Shown here: in pieces, positions 1 to 8,390 of the stretch
Layout: the number at the start of each line of letters is the position of its first letter
How positions within the stretch are numbered: position 1 is the stretch's first letter
Origin: Thermoanaerobaculia bacterium
GTDB taxonomy: Bacteria > Acidobacteriota > Thermoanaerobaculia > UBA5066
Direction: 5' to 3'
Length of the DNA: 64,000 bases
Assembly: GCA_963816185.1 (NCBI GenBank)
Contig: CAWFJJ010000025.1
Coordinates: forward strand, 32,001 to 96,000
The notes under the pieces: model-generated
Databases searched by the model: none
Seen by the model: the letters and a program-made list of their open reading frames with translations, nothing else
What the model was told of the DNA's origin: nothing
Position numbers and translations under genes: made by a program

Positions 1-834
1 AGCAAGGAGAAGCCGGTCTCCGACGACGTGTTCCGGGCGTACAGGAGCCTGTACGCGTACGACCGGACCCCTCTCGAGGCCAGGACGGAAGGCCCGGAGG
101 AGACGTTCCCCTACTGGCGCAGGCAGAAGGTCAGCTTCCTGGCCGCTTACGGCAACGAGAGGGTCCCCGCCTTCCTCTTCCTGCCGAGGAACGCCCGGCC
201 CCCGTACGAGACGGTCGTCTTTTTCCCGAGCACCCAGGCGGTGAACACCCGATCAAGCGCGGACATGGACATGGGCACCATCTCTTTCGTCATCCGGAGC
301 GGCCGCGCGCTTTGCTATCCGGTCTACAAGGACACGTACGAACGGCACGTCGAGAGGGCCGACTCGGGTCCGAACTTTCGTCGCGATCTCGTCATCCAAT
401 GGTCGAAGGACCTCGGGCGGGCGCTCGACTACCTGGAGACCCGGCCGGACGTCGACCGCACTCGTTTTGCCTACTACGGCGTGAGCCTTGGCGCGATCGA
501 CGGCGTCAACCTCGTCGCCGTCGAGGACCGCTTCAAAGCCGTGGTGTTCCTGTCGGGAGGATTTCGCCTAATCCATGTGCCGCCGGAGGTCGAACCCATC
601 AACTTCGCTCCGCGCGTCCACATCCCGGTCCTCCTCGTCACGGGCCGCTACGATTTCTCGCACCCGTACGAATCGGCGCAGCTTCCGATGTTCCGGCTTC
701 TCGGGACTCCGGAGAAGGACAAACGCCACTACGTTTTCGAAGGCGGGCATATCGCGCCGAGGACCCCGGCGATCATCAAGGAGATCCTCGATTGGCTGGA
801 CAAGTACCTGGGGCCGGTTCAAGGGGCGAATTGA
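1..834 (+). CDS. Alpha/beta hydrolase (dienelactone hydrolase-like) domain, 5'-truncated by the window; probably the C-terminus of a larger protein
   Basis: Frame 1 is open from base 1; nucleophile motif GVSLG, GRYD acid region, EGGH His. Confidence 0.8.
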   Translation, partial: SKEKPVSDDVFRAYRSLYAYDRTPLEARTEGPEETFPYWRRQKVSFLAAYGNERVPAFLFLPRNARPPYETVVFFPSTQAVNTRSSADMDMGTISFVIRSGRALCYPVYKDTYERHVERADSGPNFRRDLVIQWSKDLGRALDYLETRPDVDRTRFAYYGVSLGAIDGVNLVAVEDRFKAVVFLSGGFRLIHVPPEVEPINFAPRVHIPVLLVTGRYDFSHPYESAQLPMFRLLGTPEKDKRHYVFEGGHIAPRTPAIIKEILDWLDKYLGPVQGAN

Positions 835-850
835 GTCCACAGATGGCGCG

Positions 851-1012
851 TCACGGCGCTGGTCTCCACGTGAAGTGCCGGACCGGATAGTGACGGACGC
901 GTCCATCGGAGGCCTCGAAGACTGCGACGATGTCGTGCTCGCCCTCTTCTCCCTCGAGAAAGGGGAAGAGCGCTTCGTAGCCGGCCGTCGAGCAGTCGAC
1001 AAGCGAGGGCAC
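851..1012 (-). pseudogene. Probable C-terminal gene remnant (53 codons, VPSLVDCSTAGYEALFPFLEGEEGEHDIVAVFEASDGRVRHYPVRHFTWRPAP)
   Basis: Protein-like frame with host codon bias; in-frame stop shortly upstream and no clear RBS. Confidence 0.4.
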
Positions 1013-1057
1013 GACCTGGACGTTTCCGTCGAAGATTCGCCGTCCGAATCCTGAGAC

Positions 1058-1081
1058 GCAAGATCAGGGAATTGATCTTGC
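1058..1081. promoter_or_regulatory. Perfect 9-6-9 inverted repeat GCAAGATCA-gggaat-TGATCTTGC, candidate operator of the TlpA/DUF3570/ApbE operon
   Basis: AT-richer palindrome about 30 bp upstream of the operon start. Confidence 0.45.
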
Positions 1082-1112
1082 AAGGTGCGGGCGCCTGAGA
1101 GGAGACGTCGCC

Positions 1113-1802
1113 TTGAAACGGCTTTGCATCGTCGTTATCGCTCTCGGTGTCTTCGCCGGCCCGGTTCGAGGCGCCGAACAGGCTCCTGCCGTGAGGCTGC
1201 GCCTGATGAACGAGACCCCGTTCTCGCTCGAGGCTCTCAAGGGAAACGTCGTCGTTCTCGACTTCTGGGCGCCGTGGTGCGTCCCCTGCCGGACCAGCTT
1301 CCCGGCGCTCGACGCCCTGCAGAAGAAGTACGAAAAACAGGGGCTGCGTGTCCTCGGCCTCACGCTCGACGAGAACGACGACGCGATCATCGCGTTCCTG
1401 AACGCGGTGCCGGTGGACTTCACGATCCTGAGGGACGCGTCCGGACAGGCCGGCGAGGCCTTCAACGTCGTCGCGATGCCGACGACGTTCGTCCTCGACC
1501 GGCGGGGCCGCGTCGCGGCGCGCTTTGAGGGCGGCGGCGCGGCCGTGCACGCGAAGGTGGAGGCCGCGGTCGTGACGCTCCTCGCGGGCGGGACACTCGG
1601 CGCGGACGCAGGCGTCCACGTCGCCCCTTCCGTCCAGGCGACCGGCGGCGTCAAGGCGTGGCAGCGCGGCTACCTCGCCGACCCGATCATGAATCTCGAC
1701 GGCGACAGGATCACGCAGGTCTTGCGCGAGCACATCCACGCGAGCAAGGAAGGGGCGGCCGGCAGCGGCGGCGCGGCGGGAGGCGGCTGTGGCTGCAACT
1801 GA
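1113..1802 (+). CDS. TlpA-family thiol:disulfide reductase fused to a C-terminal DUF4266-like domain
   Basis: Signal peptide, DFWAPWCVPC; C-terminus VKAWQRGYLADPIM...HASKEGAAG..GGGCGCN. Confidence 0.85.
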   Translation: MKRLCIVVIALGVFAGPVRGAEQAPAVRLRLMNETPFSLEALKGNVVVLDFWAPWCVPCRTSFPALDALQKKYEKQGLRVLGLTLDENDDAIIAFLNAVPVDFTILRDASGQAGEAFNVVAMPTTFVLDRRGRVAARFEGGGAAVHAKVEAAVVTLLAGGTLGADAGVHVAPSVQATGGVKAWQRGYLADPIMNLDGDRITQVLREHIHASKEGAAGSGGAAGGGCGCN

Positions 1803-3027
1803 GCGCGCCCTTCGCCGGGCTTGTCGCCGTGCACGGCGTCGCGCCCGAAAGGTCTCTCGCCGCCCCTCTCTCCCGCTCCTCGCGGCAGGCGCCGGGGCGC
1901 TCGCGGCGCACGGAGCACAGGCGCAGTCGCAGATCGACGCGCGGCTGCTCTTCTACAAGGAGTCGGGCGGCAGGACGCAGGTCATCAACCCGTTTGTCAA
2001 CGTCCACGAGGACCTCGGCGACGCGTGGGGGGCGGTCGACCTCCTCCTCGGCTACGACACGATCTCGGGCGCGTCGCCGACGGGCGGCTATCCGTCCGTG
2101 GACGTCACGACGTCCGCTTCGGGCCACCAGGTTGCCGCCGGCAGCATTCCGCTCTCCTCGTACAAGGACCAGCGCAAGTCGGTCGACCTCGCCTGGGGTC
2201 GGAAATTCGGATCGCAGCTGCCCTCGATCGACGTGTCGTACTCGAAAGAGAACGACTACACGGCTCGGAGCTTCGGCCTCTCGGACGCGTGGACGTTCGC
2301 GGGCGGGCGCGGCACACTGCACGGCGGCGTGTCCTTCGCGAGCGACATCGTCGCTCCCGTCACGAACAGCCTCGAACTGCCGAAGAAAGAGCAGGGCTAC
2401 GCGCTCGGCTTCACGTGGATCCTCGACGAGCGCAACCTCTTCGACCTCTCGGCCTCGCTCATGAAGCTCTCCGGCTATCTCGACGATCCCTACAAGATCG
2501 TGCCCGTCGGGACGCCGGGCAACTTCGTCGAAATCCCGGACCACCGCCCCGACAGCCGCCAGCGCCGGGCGATCGTCGGGAAGTACGGTCACTACTACCT
2601 CTGGGGTGGCGCGCTCAAGGCGACGTACCGCTATTACTGGGACGACTGGTCGGTGAAGGCCCACACGCTCGAGCTCGTGTACGACCACCGCCTAACCGAG
2701 GACTGGCTCGTCTCGCCGACGGTGCGCCTCTACACGCAGACGGCCGCGTCCTTCTGGGGCAACACGTTCCCAGCCAAGCAGGAGTTCATGTCGGCGGATT
2801 ACCGCCTCGCGGCGTTTTCGAGCATCCTCGGCGGCCTCGCGGTCACACACAAGATGAGCGAGGCCGTCGACGTGAACCTCGGCTTCTCCGTCCAGTCCCA
2901 GTCGGGCAGGGACTCGATCACGGTCTCGAAGCCCGCGACGGCGGGGAGCCCCGCGGGCTCGGCGACGGTCTCGGCCGCGGACCTCTCCGTCGTGATGATC
3001 ACCGCCGGGTTCACGTGGCGCTACTGA
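1789..3027 (+). CDS. DUF3570-family outer-membrane beta-barrel protein
   Basis: MAATE start overlapping the GCGCN end, signal peptide, YYWDDWSVKAHTLE and SADYRLA motifs, C-terminal FTWRY, DTISGAS motif. Confidence 0.8.
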   Translation: MAATERALRRACRRARRRARKVSRRPSLPLLAAGAGALAAHGAQAQSQIDARLLFYKESGGRTQVINPFVNVHEDLGDAWGAVDLLLGYDTISGASPTGGYPSVDVTTSASGHQVAAGSIPLSSYKDQRKSVDLAWGRKFGSQLPSIDVSYSKENDYTARSFGLSDAWTFAGGRGTLHGGVSFASDIVAPVTNSLELPKKEQGYALGFTWILDERNLFDLSASLMKLSGYLDDPYKIVPVGTPGNFVEIPDHRPDSRQRRAIVGKYGHYYLWGGALKATYRYYWDDWSVKAHTLELVYDHRLTEDWLVSPTVRLYTQTAASFWGNTFPAKQEFMSADYRLAAFSSILGGLAVTHKMSEAVDVNLGFSVQSQSGRDSITVSKPATAGSPAGSATVSAADLSVVMITAGFTWRY

Positions 3028-4040
3028 GCGACGGCGACCCCGCCCTCTACACGACGCGCTTCGCCCTCATGGGTGGGCGGGCCGTCGTGCGCTTCGTCGA
3101 CCGCCGGGGACGCGCGGCCGCCGAGGAGCTTGCTCGGGCCGTCGAGGGCGAGGCCCTCCGCGTCGAGGTGAAGTTCTCCCGCTTCCGCGAGACGAGCGTG
3201 GTCTCGGCGATCAACCGCGACGCCGGGCGCACCCCCGTCGCCGTGGACGCCGAGACGGACTTTCTCGTCGGCGCGGCCCTGGACCTCTGGAGGGAGTCGG
3301 GCGGCCGGTTCGACCCGACGGTCGGAGTCCTCCGGAAAGCGTGGGACTTCAAGTCGCAGTACGTGCCCTCTCCGGAGAAGGTCGCGGCGCTCCTGCCGCT
3401 CGTGTCGGGTGCAGCCGTGTCCCGGCGTGACGGAACCGTCTTCCTGCGCAAGCCGGGCATGGAGATCGACCTCGGCGGCGTCGGCAAGGAGTACGCCGTG
3501 GACCGCGCGGCCGACGTGCTGCGCGAGGCCGGTGTCTCGTCCGCGTTCGTCGAGTTCGCCGGCGACGTGAGGACCGTGGGGAGCCGGGGCGACGGGCGGC
3601 CGTGGCGCGTGGGGATCGCGCACCCGCGCCGCGAGGGCAAGATCGCGTTCGCGCTGAACGTCCGGGGAGATGCGGGCATCGCGACGTCCGGCGACTACGA
3701 ACGCGGCTTCGTGAAGGACGGCGTGCGCTACCACCACATCCTCGACGCGACGACGGGCTGGCCCGCGCGCGGCGTCGCGTCGGCCACGGCCGTCGCGCAA
3801 ACGGCCTTCGAGGCGGGGCGCTACACGACGCTCGCGATGCTCTTCGGCCCCGACGCGGGCTTCGACCTCCTCGAGCGATCCCCGGGCGTCGAGGGCGCGC
3901 TCATCACGGACACGGGCGAAGTCCGCGCGACGACGGGCCTCGCCCGCCTCGCGAGCCTGCCGGCGGCCGCGTTTCCGGTGCTGCAGCGTTTACGCCGAGA
4001 GCGGCCGGCGTCCCCCGCGACGCACGCGCGTGCTGTCTGA
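3015..4040 (+). CDS. apbE: FAD:protein FMN transferase (ApbE); start approximate
   Basis: FDPTVG, IDLGGVGKEYAVD, IATSGDYER, YHHILD..TGWP motifs. Confidence 0.9.
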   Translation: MALLSDGDPALYTTRFALMGGRAVVRFVDRRGRAAAEELARAVEGEALRVEVKFSRFRETSVVSAINRDAGRTPVAVDAETDFLVGAALDLWRESGGRFDPTVGVLRKAWDFKSQYVPSPEKVAALLPLVSGAAVSRRDGTVFLRKPGMEIDLGGVGKEYAVDRAADVLREAGVSSAFVEFAGDVRTVGSRGDGRPWRVGIAHPRREGKIAFALNVRGDAGIATSGDYERGFVKDGVRYHHILDATTGWPARGVASATAVAQTAFEAGRYTTLAMLFGPDAGFDLLERSPGVEGALITDTGEVRATTGLARLASLPAAAFPVLQRLRRERPASPATHARAV

Positions 4041-4065
4041 GCGAAGCGAGTTCACGCGCGAAGGA

Positions 4066-4165
4066 GTGGGGGATGCCGGCGCTCGCAGGCATTCGCCTCG
4101 GGGACACGCGCGTGCGTCGGAAGGCATCCCGCCTCGGGATCGCGCTGGCGCGGGGGATGCCGGTG
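4066..4165. repeat. Short REP-like palindromic repeats between convergent genes
   Basis: GGGATGCC / GGCATCCC / GGGATGCC, and GGCAT..GCCTCGGG occurring twice. Confidence 0.3.
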
Positions 4166-4175
4166 CCCGTGGGCG

Positions 4176-5753
4176 CTAACCGCGGCTGCGCATCAGGTTG
4201 AACTTCGCGAGCTCGGCGTAGGTGACCGTCGAGTCGAGGTCCTCGCGCGCGATGCGGAGGTTCTGGACGAGGCCCTCGAGGACGAGCTCCATGAGGAACG
4301 CGCGCTCGAAATGGTCGCGCGGCTTCGCGTGCTTGAGCACGAAGTCCGAGAGGCCCTTCACCGATTCCAGCGTCTTCAGGTGCTCGGAGAACGGCGTGTC
4401 GTCGGAGAGGATGATCTTCTTGTCGCCGGCGAACGCTCCGACGATGTCATCGTAGGGGCCGGGGGGCGCGGTCGCGCCTGCCGCCGTCCGGCGGTCTTCG
4501 GCGCGCTCGAGGGTCGTCGGGCCGCTCAGGTCGTCCTCGTCCAGCTCGCCGCTGCGCGGCCGGCGCCTGCTCTCCGAGCGCGCGCGCGGACCTTCCACGG
4601 GCGGGAACTTCGCCTCGAAGAGCGCCTTCACGGCGTCGCCGATGAGCTTCTTGGCGACGATCTCCGCGCCCTGCTGCTCGCCCTCGAACACCATCTCGAC
4701 CTTTCCCGTGATCGCCGGCAGCGTCGCGAAGAAATCCACGAGGCGCGGCGCGACGACGCTCTCGCCCGTCTTGAGCGCGCGACGCTCGAGATTCGAGACG
4801 AGCAGCTCGCGCGCCGCGATCGCGAGGCGCGCCGACACGCCCGAGGACTGATCCACGAGCTCGCTCCGGCGCGCCACGAACGCAATCTCCTCGACCAGGA
4901 GCTTGACCTCGTCTCCGAGAAGAACCGTCACGCCGTGCGTCTCGCGATCGGTCCATGATTCCTGGTCCGTGATGGCCGAGGCCGTCTTCGAGTCGGCCGG
5001 ATAGTGCGTGAGGATCTGGGAGGCGATGCGGTCCTTGAGCGGCGTGATGATGTTGCCGCGGTTCGTGTAGTCCTCGGGGTTCGCGGAGAAGACCATGAGG
5101 ATGTCGAGCGGGATGCGGAGGGGGAAGCCGCGGATCTGCAGGTCGCGCTCCTCGAGAATGTTCAGGAGGCCGACCTGGATGCGCGGCTGCAGGTCCGGGA
5201 GCTCGTTGATCGCGAAGATGCCGCGGTTCGTGCGCGGCACGATGCCGTAGTGGATGACGTCCTCGTCGGCGAACGTCTTCCGGAGCGTGGCGGCCTTCAC
5301 GGGGTCGACGTCGCCGATGAGGTCGGCGATCGTGACGTCCGGCGTCGCGAGCTTTTCTCGGTAGCGGGCCTCGCGCGGGAGCCAGGCGACGGGCATGTCT
5401 TTTCCGGCGCTCGCGGCCATGCGGCGGCCGAAGGCGGTGAACGGGGCGAAGGGCGACTCGTTCAGCTCCGAGCCCACGATGACAGGGATCTCCTCGTCGA
5501 GGAGGTTCACGAGCGAGCGCAGGATGCGCGTCTTCGCCTGGCCGCGCAGGCCGAGGAGGATGATGTCGTGCCGCGCGAGGATCGCGTTCTGGAGCGCGGG
5601 GATGACGGTCTTCTCGTAGCCGAGGATTCCGGGGAAGACGTTTTCCCCTTTTTTCAGCTTCGCGATGAGGTTGTCACGCACCTCGATCTTGACGGTCTTC
5701 GGCCCGAAGCCTGCTGCGATCAGCTCGCCGAGAGTCGTGGGGCGTTCCGGCAT
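4176..5753 (-). CDS. AAA+ ATPase, Mg-chelatase subunit I-like family
   Basis: GLRGQAKT Walker A, IFAINELPDL Walker B, ANPEDYTNRG; GGAG RBS before MPERPTT. Confidence 0.85.
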   Translation of the reverse strand: MPERPTTLGELIAAGFGPKTVKIEVRDNLIAKLKKGENVFPGILGYEKTVIPALQNAILARHDIILLGLRGQAKTRILRSLVNLLDEEIPVIVGSELNESPFAPFTAFGRRMAASAGKDMPVAWLPREARYREKLATPDVTIADLIGDVDPVKAATLRKTFADEDVIHYGIVPRTNRGIFAINELPDLQPRIQVGLLNILEERDLQIRGFPLRIPLDILMVFSANPEDYTNRGNIITPLKDRIASQILTHYPADSKTASAITDQESWTDRETHGVTVLLGDEVKLLVEEIAFVARRSELVDQSSGVSARLAIAARELLVSNLERRALKTGESVVAPRLVDFFATLPAITGKVEMVFEGEQQGAEIVAKKLIGDAVKALFEAKFPPVEGPRARSESRRRPRSGELDEDDLSGPTTLERAEDRRTAAGATAPPGPYDDIVGAFAGDKKIILSDDTPFSEHLKTLESVKGLSDFVLKHAKPRDHFERAFLMELVLEGLVQNLRIAREDLDSTVTYAELAKFNLMRSRG

Positions 5754-5838
5754 GTTGCTCCTGAGGAAGATTACGCGTCGGGCGTTTCGCCCGAGCGGGT
5801 TTCCGGGGTGACCGCCCGGGTCACCGGTTGCGGCCCAG

Positions 5839-6333
5839 TCACCCGGACGCGGAGTCTCGCACGGGATCGCCCGGCGGGACGACCGGCATGAGCGGGATGT
5901 TCTTCGTCGCGAACCTCGCGCCGAGAGCCTCCATGCGAGTCTTCGACCAGCCGGCGAAGACGTCCTCGATCGTGCCCTCGGGCGACACCAGCACGAGATG
6001 CGGAACCGACTCCACGCCGAAGGCGTTCGAGGCGGCGAACTTGGGCTCCGGATCGAGCAGGAGGTCGAAGGTCGCGCCGCCGTGCTCCGCGTAGTACGCG
6101 CGGCTGGAGCCGGCGTCGTTCTGAGAGACGCCCACGACGTGGACGGTCTTCTCCCCGTAGGCCTGATGAAGGCGCTCGAGGTAGGGCCACGTGAGCTGGC
6201 AGATGGGGCAGCTCGTCTTGAAAAACGCGAGGAGGACCGGTAACCCGCGTCCTTTCGTGACGACGTCCGCCGTCGAGAGGGTCGCTCCATCGGTCGCCCG
6301 GAAGCGGGCCTTGGGCGCGGCTGAAGAGTTCAT
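5839..6333 (-). CDS. TlpA/peroxiredoxin-like redoxin
   Basis: FFKTSCPIC motif, thioredoxin fold. Confidence 0.8.
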   Translation of the reverse strand: MNSSAAPKARFRATDGATLSTADVVTKGRGLPVLLAFFKTSCPICQLTWPYLERLHQAYGEKTVHVVGVSQNDAGSSRAYYAEHGGATFDLLLDPEPKFAASNAFGVESVPHLVLVSPEGTIEDVFAGWSKTRMEALGARFATKNIPLMPVVPPGDPVRDSASG

Positions 6334-6356
6334 GCCGGGAGTTTAGCGTCGGCGAA

Positions 6357-6797
6357 TCAGTTCGTCTTGCTGCCGTCGCCGGACGTCGCGGGGCCGGGCG
6401 TGTACGGCGTGGCGTCCGCCACGTGCACCGAAACTGCCTTTGCGCCCTCGGAGGTCGGGAGATAGCGCGCGACGACCTGGTCATTCGGCTTGAGCTCGGC
6501 AAGCGTCGAGACCTTCTTTCCCTTAATGACGGGGACATCGGACGCAATCGCGATCGCAACCGTCTCGCGAACCCCGCGTTTGCCCTTGACGACCGTGGAC
6601 TTCACCGATTCGCGCACGAGGACGATGCGGGACGCAAGGTCGACCCACACGATCTCACCCGCGATCGTCTTCGATGGGGCTGCCGGCGCGGCCTTCGGCG
6701 CTGCCGCGGAAGATGGAGACACGGAAGACACGGCCGCGGATTTCACAGCGTCCTCGGGCGCGAAGAGCAGTACCAGAAGGAGGACGAAGACCGCCAT
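6357..6797 (-). CDS. Exported OB-fold-like hypothetical protein
   Basis: Hydrophobic N-terminus, Ala/Pro linker, LAELKPNDQVVARY motif. Confidence 0.6.
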   Translation of the reverse strand: MAVFVLLLVLLFAPEDAVKSAAVSSVSPSSAAAPKAAPAAPSKTIAGEIVWVDLASRIVLVRESVKSTVVKGKRGVRETVAIAIASDVPVIKGKKVSTLAELKPNDQVVARYLPTSEGAKAVSVHVADATPYTPGPATSGDGSKTN

Positions 6798-6810
6798 GAG
6801 TCCTTTTGCG

Positions 6811-6826
6811 TGCACGAGACGTGCCC
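6811..6826 (-). promoter_or_regulatory. Putative sigma54 -24/-12 promoter (GGGCACGTCTCGTGCA)
   Basis: GG-N10-GC in a GGCAC...TGCA context, directly downstream of an NtrC-family activator gene. Confidence 0.55.
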
Positions 6827-6982
6827 GGTGCGGTCGGAGCCGCGCAGAGCTCTTCGGAACGAAGAAATCCGTCGTTTGGGCGCTCGAAGCGCTCGTCCCC
6901 GTGTCTTTTGGGATCGATCGAGAAAAGGACCGCACCATTTCGGTCGAGAAAGTGCGTCCAAATGGATGAGACCCGCAGCCTG

Positions 6983-8374
6983 TCAGGCCGGCTTCTTGAG
7001 CCCGAATTTCTCGAGGCGGTACTGGAGCGTGCGATACGTCAGGCCGAGGAGGCGCGCCGCCTTCGCGATGACCCAGCCGGACTTCTCCATCGCCTGGACG
7101 ATGAGCTGCCGCTCGAATTCCTCGATGTCGATTCCGTCGACGGGGATGTCGAAACCGTAGGGGCGCGCGGACGGAGCCGTTCGCAGCCGCACGTCGGCCG
7201 GGAGATCCCGGGGACCGATGACGTTTCCCTCACAGAGGAGAACGGCGCGCTCGACCAGGCTTTCGAGCTGGCGCACGTTCCCCGGCCATGGGTGCCGGAC
7301 GAGAAGGTCCATCGCCTCGGGCGAGACGCTGTTGACCGCCGTACCGTGCGATGCGTTCGCCTTCTCGAGAAAGCGGGCCACGAGCGCCTTGATGTCGGAG
7401 GCGCGCTCGCGAAGCGGCGGCAGGTCTACGGGAATGACGTTGAGCCGGTAGAAGAGGTCCTCGCGGAACTGGCCGGCCTTCATCATCGCCTCGAGGTCGC
7501 GGTTCGTGGCCGCCACGACACGCACGTCCACACTCACCGTCTCCGTTCCGCCCACGCGCTTGACTTCCTTCTCCTGTAGGGCACGCAGGATCTTCCCCTG
7601 GAGCGGCAGCGAGAGATCGCCGATCTCGTCGAGGAAAAGCGTCGAGCCGGTCGCCGCCTCGAAGAGCCCGATCTTCCGCGCGTCGGCGCCGGTGAACGAG
7701 CCCCTCTCGTGACCGAACAGCTCGCTCTCGAGAAGAGTCTCCGGGATGGCCGCGCAGTTCAGGGCGTAGAAAGGCTTGCCGGAACGGTGCGAGCGTGCGT
7801 GAACCGCGCGCGCGACGAGCTCCTTGCCTGTGCCCGATTCGCCGCGGATGAGAACCGTGGAGTTCGTGGGCGCGATCTTCTCGACGAGCCGGAAGAGGTC
7901 GCGCATCGCGGCGCTCTCGCCGACGATGGCCTCGAGCCCGTCGTGCTTCAGGCGTTGCTCGAGGCGGATCGTCTTCTCGGTGAGCCGGAACGCCTCGACG
8001 GCGCGCTCCACGCGAAAGAGCAGCTCGTCGGCGACGACGGGCTTCGACATGTAGTCGAAGGCGCCGAGGTGGTGCGCCTCGCGCGCGCGCTCGACCGAGC
8101 CGTGAGCCGTCACGAGGATCACTTTCGGCGCGAGCGGTCCGTCCGCGAGCGAGCTGAGGCTCTTCACGACGTCCATCCCGGTGAGGCCCGGCATCTTGAG
8201 GTCCGTCAGGACGACCTCGGGCCGGATCTCCGCGGCCTTGGCGAGGGCTTCGCGGCCGTCGGCTGCGGCCGTCACGCGGTAGCCCTCGTCTTCGAGGATC
8301 ATCGCGAGCGACTCGCGCTGGTGCTTCTCGTCGTCGACGACCAGAAGGGAAGCCTTCGGCTCCTTCGTGCTCAC
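6983..8374 (-). CDS. Sigma54-dependent response regulator (NtrC family)
   Basis: REC domain, GESGTGKE, GSFTGA, WPGNVRQL, Fis-type HTH. Confidence 0.95.
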   Translation of the reverse strand: MSTKEPKASLLVVDDEKHQRESLAMILEDEGYRVTAAADGREALAKAAEIRPEVVLTDLKMPGLTGMDVVKSLSSLADGPLAPKVILVTAHGSVERAREAHHLGAFDYMSKPVVADELLFRVERAVEAFRLTEKTIRLEQRLKHDGLEAIVGESAAMRDLFRLVEKIAPTNSTVLIRGESGTGKELVARAVHARSHRSGKPFYALNCAAIPETLLESELFGHERGSFTGADARKIGLFEAATGSTLFLDEIGDLSLPLQGKILRALQEKEVKRVGGTETVSVDVRVVAATNRDLEAMMKAGQFREDLFYRLNVIPVDLPPLRERASDIKALVARFLEKANASHGTAVNSVSPEAMDLLVRHPWPGNVRQLESLVERAVLLCEGNVIGPRDLPADVRLRTAPSARPYGFDIPVDGIDIEEFERQLIVQAMEKSGWVIAKAARLLGLTYRTLQYRLEKFGLKKPA

Positions 8375-8390
8375 GGTTGAAGATTACCTC

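Noticed and set aside
1795-1830. Selenocysteine read-through after GCGCN-TGA
   Set aside because: GCGCN is the normal DUF4266 end and the next gene overlaps here
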